Below, piece after piece: positions 42,618 to 50,895 of a stretch of 64,000 nucleotides of DNA (its first letter is position 1; each line of letters opens with the position of its first letter). The position numbers were made by a program, and so were the translations under genes. The notes beneath the pieces were generated by a model, which made no database searches, was not told where the DNA came from, and was given only the letters and a program-made list of their open reading frames with translations. The stretch is from an uncultured delta proteobacterium. Its GTDB lineage: Bacteria > Myxococcota_A > Polyangia > Fen-1088. Location of the stretch: positions 192,001 through 256,000 of the forward strand of contig CAWCMR010000011.1 of NCBI GenBank assembly GCA_963796685.1, written 5' to 3'.

Positions 42618-43558
42618 GAGTCTCGCTTCCTTTCGCATGTCGAGCCGTCGCTTGAATACTCGGCTGGTCGGTGCCCATCATCTCCTTCAGAGTTCGCCCG
42701 TACACGGACTACTTCCATGGTTGCCAGGACGTCTGGATCGGCAATCAACTCGACCTCGCGTACCAGGCCCGCCCCGACATGGAAGACGAAGGCCACCTTG
42801 ACGGCCCCGGCTTGGATCCAGGCGGCGCCGAGCTCACCGTCGATGGTGACAGGCGCCGCCCCCCGGGCACCGTTGAGCCGGGCGGCCACGGCGGCGGCAC
42901 CGCCGTAGACGGCATCCGTACCCATCCTCTGGCCGACCAGGTCGGCACGCATCACCGCGTCCGGTGCAAGCAGCGACAACAGGGTGCCGAGGTCCCCGCC
43001 CCGGGCTGCAGAGAGGAAGGCGTCGACGACGCGGTGGCTCTCGGCGCGCGCCGCCTGCGACGCGTCCGGCTCCGGCACACCCCGAACCTTGCGCCGGGCC
43101 CGGCTGGCCAACTGGCGTACGGCGGTACCCGAGCGCCCCATGATCTCGCTGATCTCGTCGAACGGATACCCGAACACATCGTGCAACACGAAGGCCGCTC
43201 TCTCAGCGGGTGCCAGAGTGTCGAGGACGACCTGCATGGCGTCGCCCATCTTCTCGGCGAGGAGCGCGTCGGCCTCCGGGTCGAGCGTTACGGGTTCGGC
43301 GGGCGCCCCGGACTCGGCCACCGACCTGGTGCGTCGCTTGCGGAGGTGGTCGAGGCACAACCGTGTGACGACGGTCGTCAACCAGGCAGGCACGTCGTCG
43401 ATGTCGTCGGTGCGGGAGAACCGAAGCCAGGTCTCCTGCACGACGTCGTCCGCGTCGGCATTCGACCCGAGTATCCGGATGGCGATCGCAGTCAGCCGGG
43501 GCCGTTCGCCGTCGAAGTCGGTCACGTCCGTCAATCGTGGCAGGTCTACGTTGGTCAT
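42614..43558 (-). CDS. ECF41/SigJ-like sigma factor with C-terminal SnoaL-like extension
   Basis: ADDVVQETWLR, WLTTVVTRLCLD, AFVLHDVFG, RQLASRARR, AFLSAARGGD. Confidence 0.92.
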   Translation of the reverse strand: MTNVDLPRLTDVTDFDGERPRLTAIAIRILGSNADADDVVQETWLRFSRTDDIDDVPAWLTTVVTRLCLDHLRKRRTRSVAESGAPAEPVTLDPEADALLAEKMGDAMQVVLDTLAPAERAAFVLHDVFGYPFDEISEIMGRSGTAVRQLASRARRKVRGVPEPDASQAARAESHRVVDAFLSAARGGDLGTLLSLLAPDAVMRADLVGQRMGTDAVYGGAAAVAARLNGARGAAPVTIDGELGAAWIQAGAVKVAFVFHVGAGLVREVELIADPDVLATMEVVRVRANSEGDDGHRPAEYSSDGSTCERKRDS

Positions 43559-43689
43559 ACCCTTTTGACGCAGGCCGAGGCGGAGATGTGACAGGCACTC
43601 TCGTTGACACACCGACCTGCCTCTATCCGAGCAGGTTGGCTCGGCGCCACAAGGGGAGTTCAGCCGCTCTGGTGATCTTCAACCGCCGC

Positions 43690-44075
43690 CGGCCACCGCC
43701 CGCAGCCCGGCCATTGCGTCCCGCATGACGTCGGCGCGGGCCCGGTCGTCGTTCCCGCTCGACTACCGTTCCAAGGCGACGCGCAAGACCGTCATGCCTG
43801 CGTGGGCAGCCAGGCTGGCTTGGGGCTCACCCACGCCTCTGTGGTGCAGTGCCGTTGCCACCCGCCGCGGCATAGTCGGCCAGCTTCGCCAACTCCCGCT
43901 CCCGCAGCTCGGGGTTGGCGGCGATGACGGCGTGTCGCTGGTGGGCCAGGTCCCGGCGGAACTCGCCGAGCATTGCGGCGGCCGCGGCGAGTCCACAGGC
44001 AACGGCGTCGAGGGGCCCGTCCTGCGCCGGCGCCTCGGCCACGCCGACCACGATTCGCTCCTGGAAGAGGGCAGA
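43690..44075 (-). pseudogene. TetR-family regulator, C-terminal remnant
   Basis: GSALFQE...PLDAV...VIAANPELRERELAKL, then RGVGEPQASLAAHAG; HTH absent. Confidence 0.7.
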
Positions 44076-44078
44076 CCC

Positions 44079-44820
44079 GCATCGGGCTGGATCGGTTCGG
44101 CCGTGGTGATCCACCTGGCGTTCCAACACGAGGTGGCCTGGAGCGGCAACTTCGCCGCTGCCGCGGCGGCCGACCGGCGGGCCGTAGAGGCCATGGGCGC
44201 GGCCCTGGCCGATTCCGATCGACCGTTGGTCCTCGCCTCGGGCGTGCTGGGGCTGACAGCGGGTCGGGTGGCGACCGAGGACGACGGGCTCGTGTCCAGC
44301 GCCGCCGTTCGGGCCAGCCCCGCCGGGCGCCCGGTCGGCCACCGCCCTCCTCAGGCTGTCGTTGAGGGGCATTGGCGTCCGCTCCTCGGTGCTGCGCTTC
44401 CCCCCGACGGTCCACGGCGACGGCTACCACGGCTTCCTGGCCACCCTGGTGGGCGTCGCCCGCCAGCGGGGCGTGGCCGGATACGTGGGCGACGGGGCCA
44501 ACCGCTGGCCCGCCGTGCACCGCTCCGATGCGGCCCGCCTGGCGCGCCTGGCCGTCGAAGCCGCCCTCGCCGGCTCGGTCTTGCACGCAGTGGGCGACGG
44601 GGGTGTCCCCTTCCGCGAGATCGCCGAGGTGATGGGCCGGCACCTCGAGATCCCGACCGCGTCGGTGGCTCGTGCCGACGCCGTCGCACATTTCGCCCAC
44701 CTGGGCCACTTCGTCGCTCTGGACAGTCCGGCCGCCGCCGCCATCACCGGGGAGCAGCTCGCATGGGTGCCGAGCGGACCCAGCCTGCTCGAAGATCTCG
44801 AGCAGGACCACTACCGCTAA
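44079..44820 (+). pseudogene. NAD-dependent epimerase/SDR, 5'-truncated with internal deletion
   Basis: ASGWIGSAVV joined directly to IHLAF; later GYVGDGANRWPAVHRSDAARL. Confidence 0.75.
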
Positions 44821-44916
44821 GAGAAGGGCGCGGTGCAGCGCCTCTCCGGTCGGGCTGTCGAGGCGAGATCGACGGTTCCGGGGCTGACACCGGCTGGGCC
44901 GGGGATTCTTCGCTGT

Positions 44917-45474
44917 CTAGCGAAGTTGCTCCGAGAGGATCTCCCCGCAGAGCCCGAGGCACTCGTCGCAGATCGTTGGCGGCTTCTGCTCTTGGCGAGT
45001 TGGCGCGGACACGAGAGCTTGCACCTGGGTACGTGCTTTTCCGCAGAACGAGCACGGAAGCTGACTGCCGGTGGGAACAGGTCGCATGGTCGGATCCTTC
45101 GCCGGTCGCCCTGAAGCGGTGACACCGACGGCGGCCAAGATGCAGGGGTCGCAGATGTACACGCCGGGCCCCGCCACGAGCTTGCGGACCTGTCGTTGCT
45201 CGCGCCCACAAAATGAACAGACCCGCTGGGTCGTGGGTTCTTGGCGACGTCGTCGCCGCCACCGGCGAACGCCTCCGTCCTCGATGATCTGGTGGATGCG
45301 TTGGTGGCTGATGCCCAGGGCTTCGGCCACCTCGCGGATCGATGCGCCCGCCAGGTGCAGGCGTCGGACCGTTCGGCGGTATTCCGCCTTGGCTCCCTCG
45401 AGCAGGTCCTCGAGCTCAGCGATCCGGCCCGCCGCGGTGGATGCCTCAGTCAACAGGTCTTGATCGACCGGCAT
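44917..45474 (-). CDS. HTH protein with two ClpX-type C4 zinc fingers
   Basis: [21 protein letters not shown]; CSFCG...[13 protein letters not shown]; CSFCGK...TICDEC. Confidence 0.88.
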   Translation of the reverse strand: MPVDQDLLTEASTAAGRIAELEDLLEGAKAEYRRTVRRLHLAGASIREVAEALGISHQRIHQIIEDGGVRRWRRRRRQEPTTQRVCSFCGREQRQVRKLVAGPGVYICDPCILAAVGVTASGRPAKDPTMRPVPTGSQLPCSFCGKARTQVQALVSAPTRQEQKPPTICDECLGLCGEILSEQLR

Positions 45475-45594
45475 CTGTCTATCTTACATAGACAGATTGG
45501 CCGGCCAAGCGCTTGGTGCATGACCAGTACAACCACCGCGAACTGTGCCGAGAGCGAATTCGGGCATACCTCAGGGTGGAGGTTGATCGATGAC

Positions 45595-47124
45595 TCAGCC
45601 CACGTACTTGTTGAGGACCGAAACGGTGGGGGACGTGGCACTGGAACTGCCTGGAATCTCGCCGGATGCCGATGGATTGAATGTCAATGCGAACGAGTTC
45701 GACCCGGTGATGCCCCCGCACGCCACGATCTGGCCGGTCATCGACGGAGAGTTTGCGTAGGAGGCCTCCCCGGGCGTGTACAGAAAGACGACCAGGCTCG
45801 ACGCGAAGCTGGACGAGTTCGAGACCGAGATGTCCACGGCGGACGTGCTGCACGCGACACCGGGACTGGCTAGGAGCGAGAAGTCGTGCACCGTGGCAGT
45901 GGTGGACGCATAGGTGTCGGAGCCCACGGTTTTGTAGCTCTGCACTTCGAGGACGGTGTCGGCGTTGAAGCTGAACGTTTGCGCCCGGGAGTACGAAGGG
46001 CTACACGAGGTGGCGTCGTAGACGGTCTTGCTGGCCTCGGTGCTGATTGCGGTCATGAACGGGTCGGCTGCACCGCTGGAGTTGCTCTTGAAATATGTCG
46101 CGCAGTTCGCCGACGCCACGTCGACCACACTCCACCCCTGGGACAGCCACGTGACGTCGCTCGGGTTGAGCACCGGGAAGCTCACCGCCGCAGGCATGGT
46201 CTGGCTGGAGAGAGCGAGATCGCCAGAGGTCTTTGTGCCCGGGCTGATGCTCGATCCCCCGGCCAGGGTGATCGTTCCCGACGCGGCGGTGTCGCCCTTG
46301 ATATTGGCAGAGCCGGCCAGAGAGATGTTGCCGCTTGTCTCGGTGGCGGTCCCGGTGACCTCGGCCGAACCGCTCATCGTCAGCGGTCCCGCGTAGGAGA
46401 TCAGATTGCCATTGACCGTCGCACTGTTACCCAGTGTCACCGCACCAGAAGCCGTCAGACCTCCGATGCTGCAGCTACCCGTGAAGTTGACGGTTCCGTA
46501 GGTCGTCACCGAGCCTGGCGAGGTGTCGCCATTGCCGCAGGTCATCGTTCCCCCCGAGTAGATGTTGGCGACATTGGAACCCGAATTGGTCAGGGCGGCC
46601 GCACCGGTGAGGTCCAGAGCGTTGGTCGTGAAGAGGGCGTAGCCGAGTGCCTGGGCGGGCGTGGACGTGGTGGCGATGGCGACGGTCTCGTGCATGGTCG
46701 CAGCCGAGCCGTGGGAAGTCGTTCCCGTCGAGGCAATCGTGGCCGTCGCGGGGGCGGTGACCCCACCAAGCGTCGATCCGCTGCACGTCAGGGGGCTGGG
46801 GTTGGTGCCGCTCGGGTAGTACGTCACGGTGCCCGAGTACGAAGAGACGGCCCCCGGTGCCGTGAGTGAACCGCTAAAGGCACCACACGGCAGATTGGTA
46901 TACACCGACACGTTCCGCATGGCGCTCAATTCGACGGCGAGTCCACTTTGGGCGGCGAGCGAGGACTGGGACGTAGTGCCGAATTGCGTCGAGAGCGTCC
47001 CGGAGAAGTCACTGACCGTGAGAGCCACGACGAGGGCGCCCATGAGGAGCATCGAGACCATGAGCACCATCACGAGGGCACTGCCGCGCTCGTCGCCATG
47101 CACCTGCCTCCGGGGTGCGGTCAT
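45595..47124 (-). CDS. PilX-like minor pilin / tip adhesin (cassette A)
   Basis: ERG|SALVMVLM class III signal without Glu5; AAQSGL; long Ser/Thr/Gly beta-rich domain with paired Cys. Confidence 0.75.
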   Translation of the reverse strand: MTAPRRQVHGDERGSALVMVLMVSMLLMGALVVALTVSDFSGTLSTQFGTTSQSSLAAQSGLAVELSAMRNVSVYTNLPCGAFSGSLTAPGAVSSYSGTVTYYPSGTNPSPLTCSGSTLGGVTAPATATIASTGTTSHGSAATMHETVAIATTSTPAQALGYALFTTNALDLTGAAALTNSGSNVANIYSGGTMTCGNGDTSPGSVTTYGTVNFTGSCSIGGLTASGAVTLGNSATVNGNLISYAGPLTMSGSAEVTGTATETSGNISLAGSANIKGDTAASGTITLAGGSSISPGTKTSGDLALSSQTMPAAVSFPVLNPSDVTWLSQGWSVVDVASANCATYFKSNSSGAADPFMTAISTEASKTVYDATSCSPSYSRAQTFSFNADTVLEVQSYKTVGSDTYASTTATVHDFSLLASPGVACSTSAVDISVSNSSSFASSLVVFLYTPGEASYANSPSMTGQIVACGGITGSNSFALTFNPSASGEIPGSSSATSPTVSVLNKYVG

Positions 47125-47801
47125 GTCCAACCCTCCTGTGTGACGGCGGTGGCACACGAGACGGTGGGGCTCGACGAGTAGGGGGTGTCGAAGGCCGAGA
47201 TCGACCCCTTCAGGGCGACCGACTGGGACGTATTCGAATAGGTCTCCATCGCCTGGAGGTCGAGTGCGAGCTCCTGGGGGGAACCGGTGGTCACCGTGGG
47301 AAGCGAGAACGGGGCCGTTGAGGAGTTCACGATCTTCGAAGCGATCGGGATCCATTGCGGGACGGCGTCGCCAACGACCCAGTTCGTCGGCCACGTCTGC
47401 TCGGAGAGCACATGGGTGGTGGTGTTCACCATCCACTGATCCCATTGCGTCGTGCCAAAGGCCCCGGACAGCACTCGGACGGCGAAGCCGGATGCGACCG
47501 TTGGCCCGGCCGACGTCATCTGCGTCGGCAGACAAATCTGGCTGGCCGATTCGACTCGACTCTGGAGGTCCTCCAGTGCCGTTCTCACCTGGGCCGAACC
47601 AGCGGCGGTGCCTTGCGTGTAGGCACTCGAGTCGGTGACCGCCTTGATCGCAACGGGGACCATGAACAGCAAGATCAAGGTGACGGTCATCGCCATGGCT
47701 AGTTCGATGAGCGTGAAGCCATCACTGCCGGCATGTCTCGGTGTCTGGAGGACACGGGTCGGGGCGGACTTGCGATCGCGCCGGTCCCACAGGGGTGTCA
47801 T
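47121..47801 (-). CDS. PilW-like prepilin (cassette A)
   Basis: G|FTLIELAMAM cleavage/methylation motif; ATGA overlaps on both sides. Confidence 0.85.
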   Translation of the reverse strand: MTPLWDRRDRKSAPTRVLQTPRHAGSDGFTLIELAMAMTVTLILLFMVPVAIKAVTDSSAYTQGTAAGSAQVRTALEDLQSRVESASQICLPTQMTSAGPTVASGFAVRVLSGAFGTTQWDQWMVNTTTHVLSEQTWPTNWVVGDAVPQWIPIASKIVNSSTAPFSLPTVTTGSPQELALDLQAMETYSNTSQSVALKGSISAFDTPYSSSPTVSCATAVTQEGWT

Positions 47802-48356
47802 GGGGCGGCGATCTCGGTCTCGCCCACGACCTGTCCCGTCCCTCCCAGTGCAGAAGGCCAGGTCACGATCACGATGACCGTGACAATGCCGTTGGAGATC
47901 GACTCAGGATAGGTCATCACCTTGTAGGGGATGCCCACCGTCGTCGTCGTGATATGAGGCACCAGCGGGCTCTCTGAGCAAATTGGCGTTCGTGGTGGCG
48001 AGGGTCGCTCCCGTGAGCGTGAGGGTGTAGGTCGAGCCGCTCACGTGGATGTTCGGGTCGCTGGAGAGCGTGTCGACGCTCGGGTTCAGGCCCGCTGTGA
48101 GATCGGCGAACGGGAGGGACGTCACGTCGGCCACGTCAGCCGAGACCAGGGTGTAGGCGACCGAACGCTGTTGGGCAATCGACGCCGCCACCGTCGACGC
48201 CATCGTCCCTGAACCCGCAGCCAGAATCACCACCGCGAACAGCGAGGACGCCATGAGCACGTCGAGCATGACGAAGCCGCCGTCGGGGGGGCGGTATCCA
48301 TGTCGGGTCCGGCGCCGCGACGCCCAGGCTCGCGCGCTCTTCCGGGAGTGCCACAT
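47798..48356 (-). CDS. PilV-like prepilin (cassette A), frameshift near 47975
   Basis: G|FVMLDVLMAS (Asp at +5); C-terminal VTVIVIVTW...ETEIAAP in a second frame. Confidence 0.72.
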
Positions 48357-48420
48357 GACCCGTGTGAGGACACGTGAGACGCAGGAGTCAGCCCGCGGCT
48401 GACTGGTGCATCGTGCACCA

Positions 48421-48456
48421 CGCACTCCCTGCATCCTCGTGCACTCCCTCCGTGCC
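48421..48456 (-). promoter_or_regulatory. Tandem GGA-loop hairpins, candidate CsrA/RsmA sites in the cassette A leader
   Basis: Minus strand reads GCAC-GGAGGGA-GTGC, TGCA-CGAGGA-TGCA, GCA-GGGAG-TGC (overlapping); four GGA in 36 nt. Confidence 0.5.
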
Positions 48457-48477
48457 GTACCTAGCAGAACCGGTAAA

Positions 48478-48505
48478 GCATCGGCTCGTGATCCACAAAA
48501 CTTGA
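48478..48505 (-). promoter_or_regulatory. Putative sigma28 (FliA/WhiG)-type promoter for cassette A
   Basis: Minus strand TCAA-GTTTTGTGGATCACGA-GCCGATGC (16-nt spacer). Confidence 0.62.
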
Positions 48506-48663
48506 ACAACGAGCCCCCTCGAGTTGGGGTTCGTTCGCCTATGCAATTAGCGGTGGGGAGTTGGGGATGACACTTGGTGCGGTTCGATCCGAGGAGCCTC
48601 AAGGTGTGCCCGGTGCGGGCCGAGAGAAGAGCGGGGCCTTCGTCCTACCCCTTGCCATCCATA

Positions 48664-48697
48664 GCAGCGACCCCCGGCTTGTCACGGGGGTCGTTGC
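48664..48697. terminator. Strong GC hairpin between the divergent units
   Basis: gcagcgacccccg / cgggggtcgttgc, 13-bp stem with one G-U pair and no U-tract. Confidence 0.45.
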
Positions 48698-48778
48698 GCG
48701 TCGGAACCGCTCCGGTTCGTGGAGCGGTGCCCGCTCCTCGATGCGCTCGGGCCCAACGACCGGGGCCGTCCCGGGGTT

Positions 48779-48804
48779 GTAACACGCCAGCCCCTTGGAG
48801 CGAT
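48779..48804 (+). promoter_or_regulatory. SigD-like ECF promoter, copy 1
   Basis: GTAACA-N17-GAT within GTTGTAAC...GCGATGTCA. Confidence 0.6.
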
Positions 48805-48814
48805 GTCAACTCCT

Positions 48815-49123
48815 GTGCTCAATCCCCACGGCTTCAACCAAGACAGCGCAGATGTCTTCTTCACCAGGAGATCTCCTGCCAAGACTGCTCCGAGGAACCT
48901 AAGGGTGGTGAAGGCCACGGCTCCCTCGGCGGCAACGTCACCGCAAGATCACGAAACGGTCGCCTTCATGGACGCTTCCGGTTCGCTGTGGGCGAAGCAG
49001 CCTTCGGTGGCAGCGTCCACATCGTGGCTGACCGCTCTTCGATTTCGGTATCGACCCAAGGTGCCGAGAACATCGTCTGACCGAGTACAACGACGCCTGG
49101 CTTCCACTCGCGTGAAGAGGTAG
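48815..49123 (+). pseudogene. Degenerate paralogue of the anti-sigma N-terminus
   Basis: PHGFNQDSADVFFT aligns with PDPFDDRTADAFLT of the ORF at 49969, at a similar distance from the same promoter motif. Confidence 0.45.
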
Positions 49124-49353
49124 CGGCTGGGAAGAGGAGGTCTTCCAGGCGCGGCCGGGCTCTCATCAGCGGGCCCCCTGTTACCAAACCGATGGCCATT
49201 CCCCACCCTGCTGGCACCTGGCTGCGGCCAAACAGCATCGCGGGGCGTCGAAGCCGAGACAGCGCACCAGTGAGCCTAAGTGTCCGAACCTTCAGGGCGT
49301 CAGGCACCGCGCTGGCTTCCGTGGTCCGTGGTTTCGGACGTTACCGTTGGGCT

Positions 49354-49380
49354 TCAGTTGTTATGGCCGTGTGCCGATAA
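49354..49380 (+). promoter_or_regulatory. Putative sigma28-type promoter for the ECF gene (possibly leaderless)
   Basis: TCAG-N15-GCCGATAA with a perfect -10, ending 7 nt before ATG 49388. Confidence 0.62.
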
Positions 49381-49387
49381 GGAAGGG

Positions 49388-49942
49388 ATGGATTCTGCGC
49401 CGTCGGGAAACATCCTGGACGCCGCTCGGGCCGGCGACGAGTGGGCCACCACCTGCCTTTTCCGCACCTCAAATCCGGCTCTGCTTCGATACCTCCGTCA
49501 TCACACGCCGGACGTCGCAGAAGACCTGTTGGCAGAGACCTGGTTGGCGGCCGCCAAGCACCTCCCTGCATTTCAGGGCGACGCAGACGACTTCCGGGCC
49601 TGGCTCTTTACCGTGGCACGGCGTCGGGTTGCCGATCACTATCGGCGACGGAACCGTCGACCACGCTCTGTGGACTTGGATCCCGAGATGCTCCCGCCCG
49701 CACCCCATAGGACCGATGAGTCGGCGCTCGGTACGGTGTCAGCACAGAGCGCCATCGTTGCGTTGGTTCGCGATCTCCCCGCTGACCAGGCAGAGGTCGT
49801 CTTGCTCCGGGTAGTGGCTGATCTGAGTGTGGAACAGGTGGCCAAGATGACGGGGCGGAGTCCTGGATCGGTACGGGTCCTCCAGCACCGCGCCCTTCGA
49901 CGCCTTGAAACCCGGTGGGCCAGGGAGGTTGTAACGCCGTAG
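49388..49942 (+). CDS. ECF sigma factor (SigD/ShbA-like)
   Basis: AEDLLAETWL, FRAWLFTVARRRVADH, VVADLSVEQVA...GSVRVLQHRALRRL. Confidence 0.92.
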   Translation: MDSAPSGNILDAARAGDEWATTCLFRTSNPALLRYLRHHTPDVAEDLLAETWLAAAKHLPAFQGDADDFRAWLFTVARRRVADHYRRRNRRPRSVDLDPEMLPPAPHRTDESALGTVSAQSAIVALVRDLPADQAEVVLLRVVADLSVEQVAKMTGRSPGSVRVLQHRALRRLETRWAREVVTP

Positions 49943-49956
49943 CGGGTTCTGGCGAT
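49931..49956 (+). promoter_or_regulatory. SigD-like ECF promoter, copy 2 (overlaps the sigma stop)
   Basis: GTAACG-N17-GAT within GTTGTAAC...GCGATGTCA, upstream of the anti-sigma and cassette B. Confidence 0.6.
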
Positions 49957-49968
49957 GTCAGGGGTGAG

Positions 49969-50895
49969 ATGAGCCCAGATCCCTTCGACGACCGCACCGC
50001 GGATGCGTTCCTGACCGGGGCCATCGCCCCCACCGACGCGCCCCTTGGCTACCGGTACGCCGCCGACCTGATCCGTGCCGCCCGCTCGCCCGCCTCGACG
50101 GGGGAGCTCGCCGCCGAGGACCAGGTCGTAGCCACCCTCCTCGCCGCGGCTCGGGAGGCGATCCCTCGGGTCGCGAATCCCAGGAGGCACACCCTCGGGA
50201 AGATCCTCACCCTCAAAGGGGCGGTTCTCGCTTCCATCATCTTCGGGGGAGGCGTCGCGGTCGCAGCCACGGGGGGTGTGCCGACGCCCGTTCGGTCGGC
50301 GATCTCTGCGGGTCTCTCCGCGGTGGGATTGGCCCCTTCACACGCCGCCGGTCCCCCCACCATACCCGTGGACCGCCCCGGGCCCACCGGTACGACGACG
50401 AGCGAGCCTCGGAACCCAGGAGCGAGTACGAATGCGGGTGACCTATGCCCACCGAACATGGTCATCTCCGACTCGAGTGCGGGGGCAGGCGGCGTGACGA
50501 CGACCCGGCCGGGGTCCTCGACGGCAAGGTGCATCCCGGTGGAACCTGCCGTGGTCCCCGCTCTTCCCGAGGGCAATAGCGGTTCGAACACTCCTGCACC
50601 CAACGGCAACTCGAACGGAGCGGTTGCGAATCTGCCCGCTCCTACCACAACCACAGCGCCGCCCAAGAACCCGTCACATGGTCCACCGGCCGGGACGCCC
50701 AATGGACCGCCCACAACAGCAATCACCACGACTACTACCACGAACGCCACGACTGTCCCGGCTCGAAGTGGGAACAACGGAAATGGGAACAACAACGGCA
50801 AGGGAAACGGGAACGGGAAGGGCAACAGCAGCGGGAAAACAGCGGCTATCCGAAGCTCGGCCATCGTAAGCGCCGTGACAGAAGAAGCGTCATGA
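49969..50895 (+). CDS. Putative membrane anti-sigma factor with Pro/Thr-rich, Gly/Asn-repeat tail
   Basis: Follows the ECF gene; cytoplasmic N-terminus, TM AVLASIIFGGGVAVAA, low-complexity GNNGNGNNNGKGNGN. Confidence 0.7.
   Translation: MSPDPFDDRTADAFLTGAIAPTDAPLGYRYAADLIRAARSPASTGELAAEDQVVATLLAAAREAIPRVANPRRHTLGKILTLKGAVLASIIFGGGVAVAATGGVPTPVRSAISAGLSAVGLAPSHAAGPPTIPVDRPGPTGTTTSEPRNPGASTNAGDLCPPNMVISDSSAGAGGVTTTRPGSSTARCIPVEPAVVPALPEGNSGSNTPAPNGNSNGAVANLPAPTTTTAPPKNPSHGPPAGTPNGPPTTAITTTTTTNATTVPARSGNNGNGNNNGKGNGNGKGNSSGKTAAIRSSAIVSAVTEEAS

Noticed and set aside
40186-42801. 871-aa ATPase-permease fusion
   Set aside because: Mosaic of frames from two frameshifted genes; runs antisense over the DUF1059-like gene
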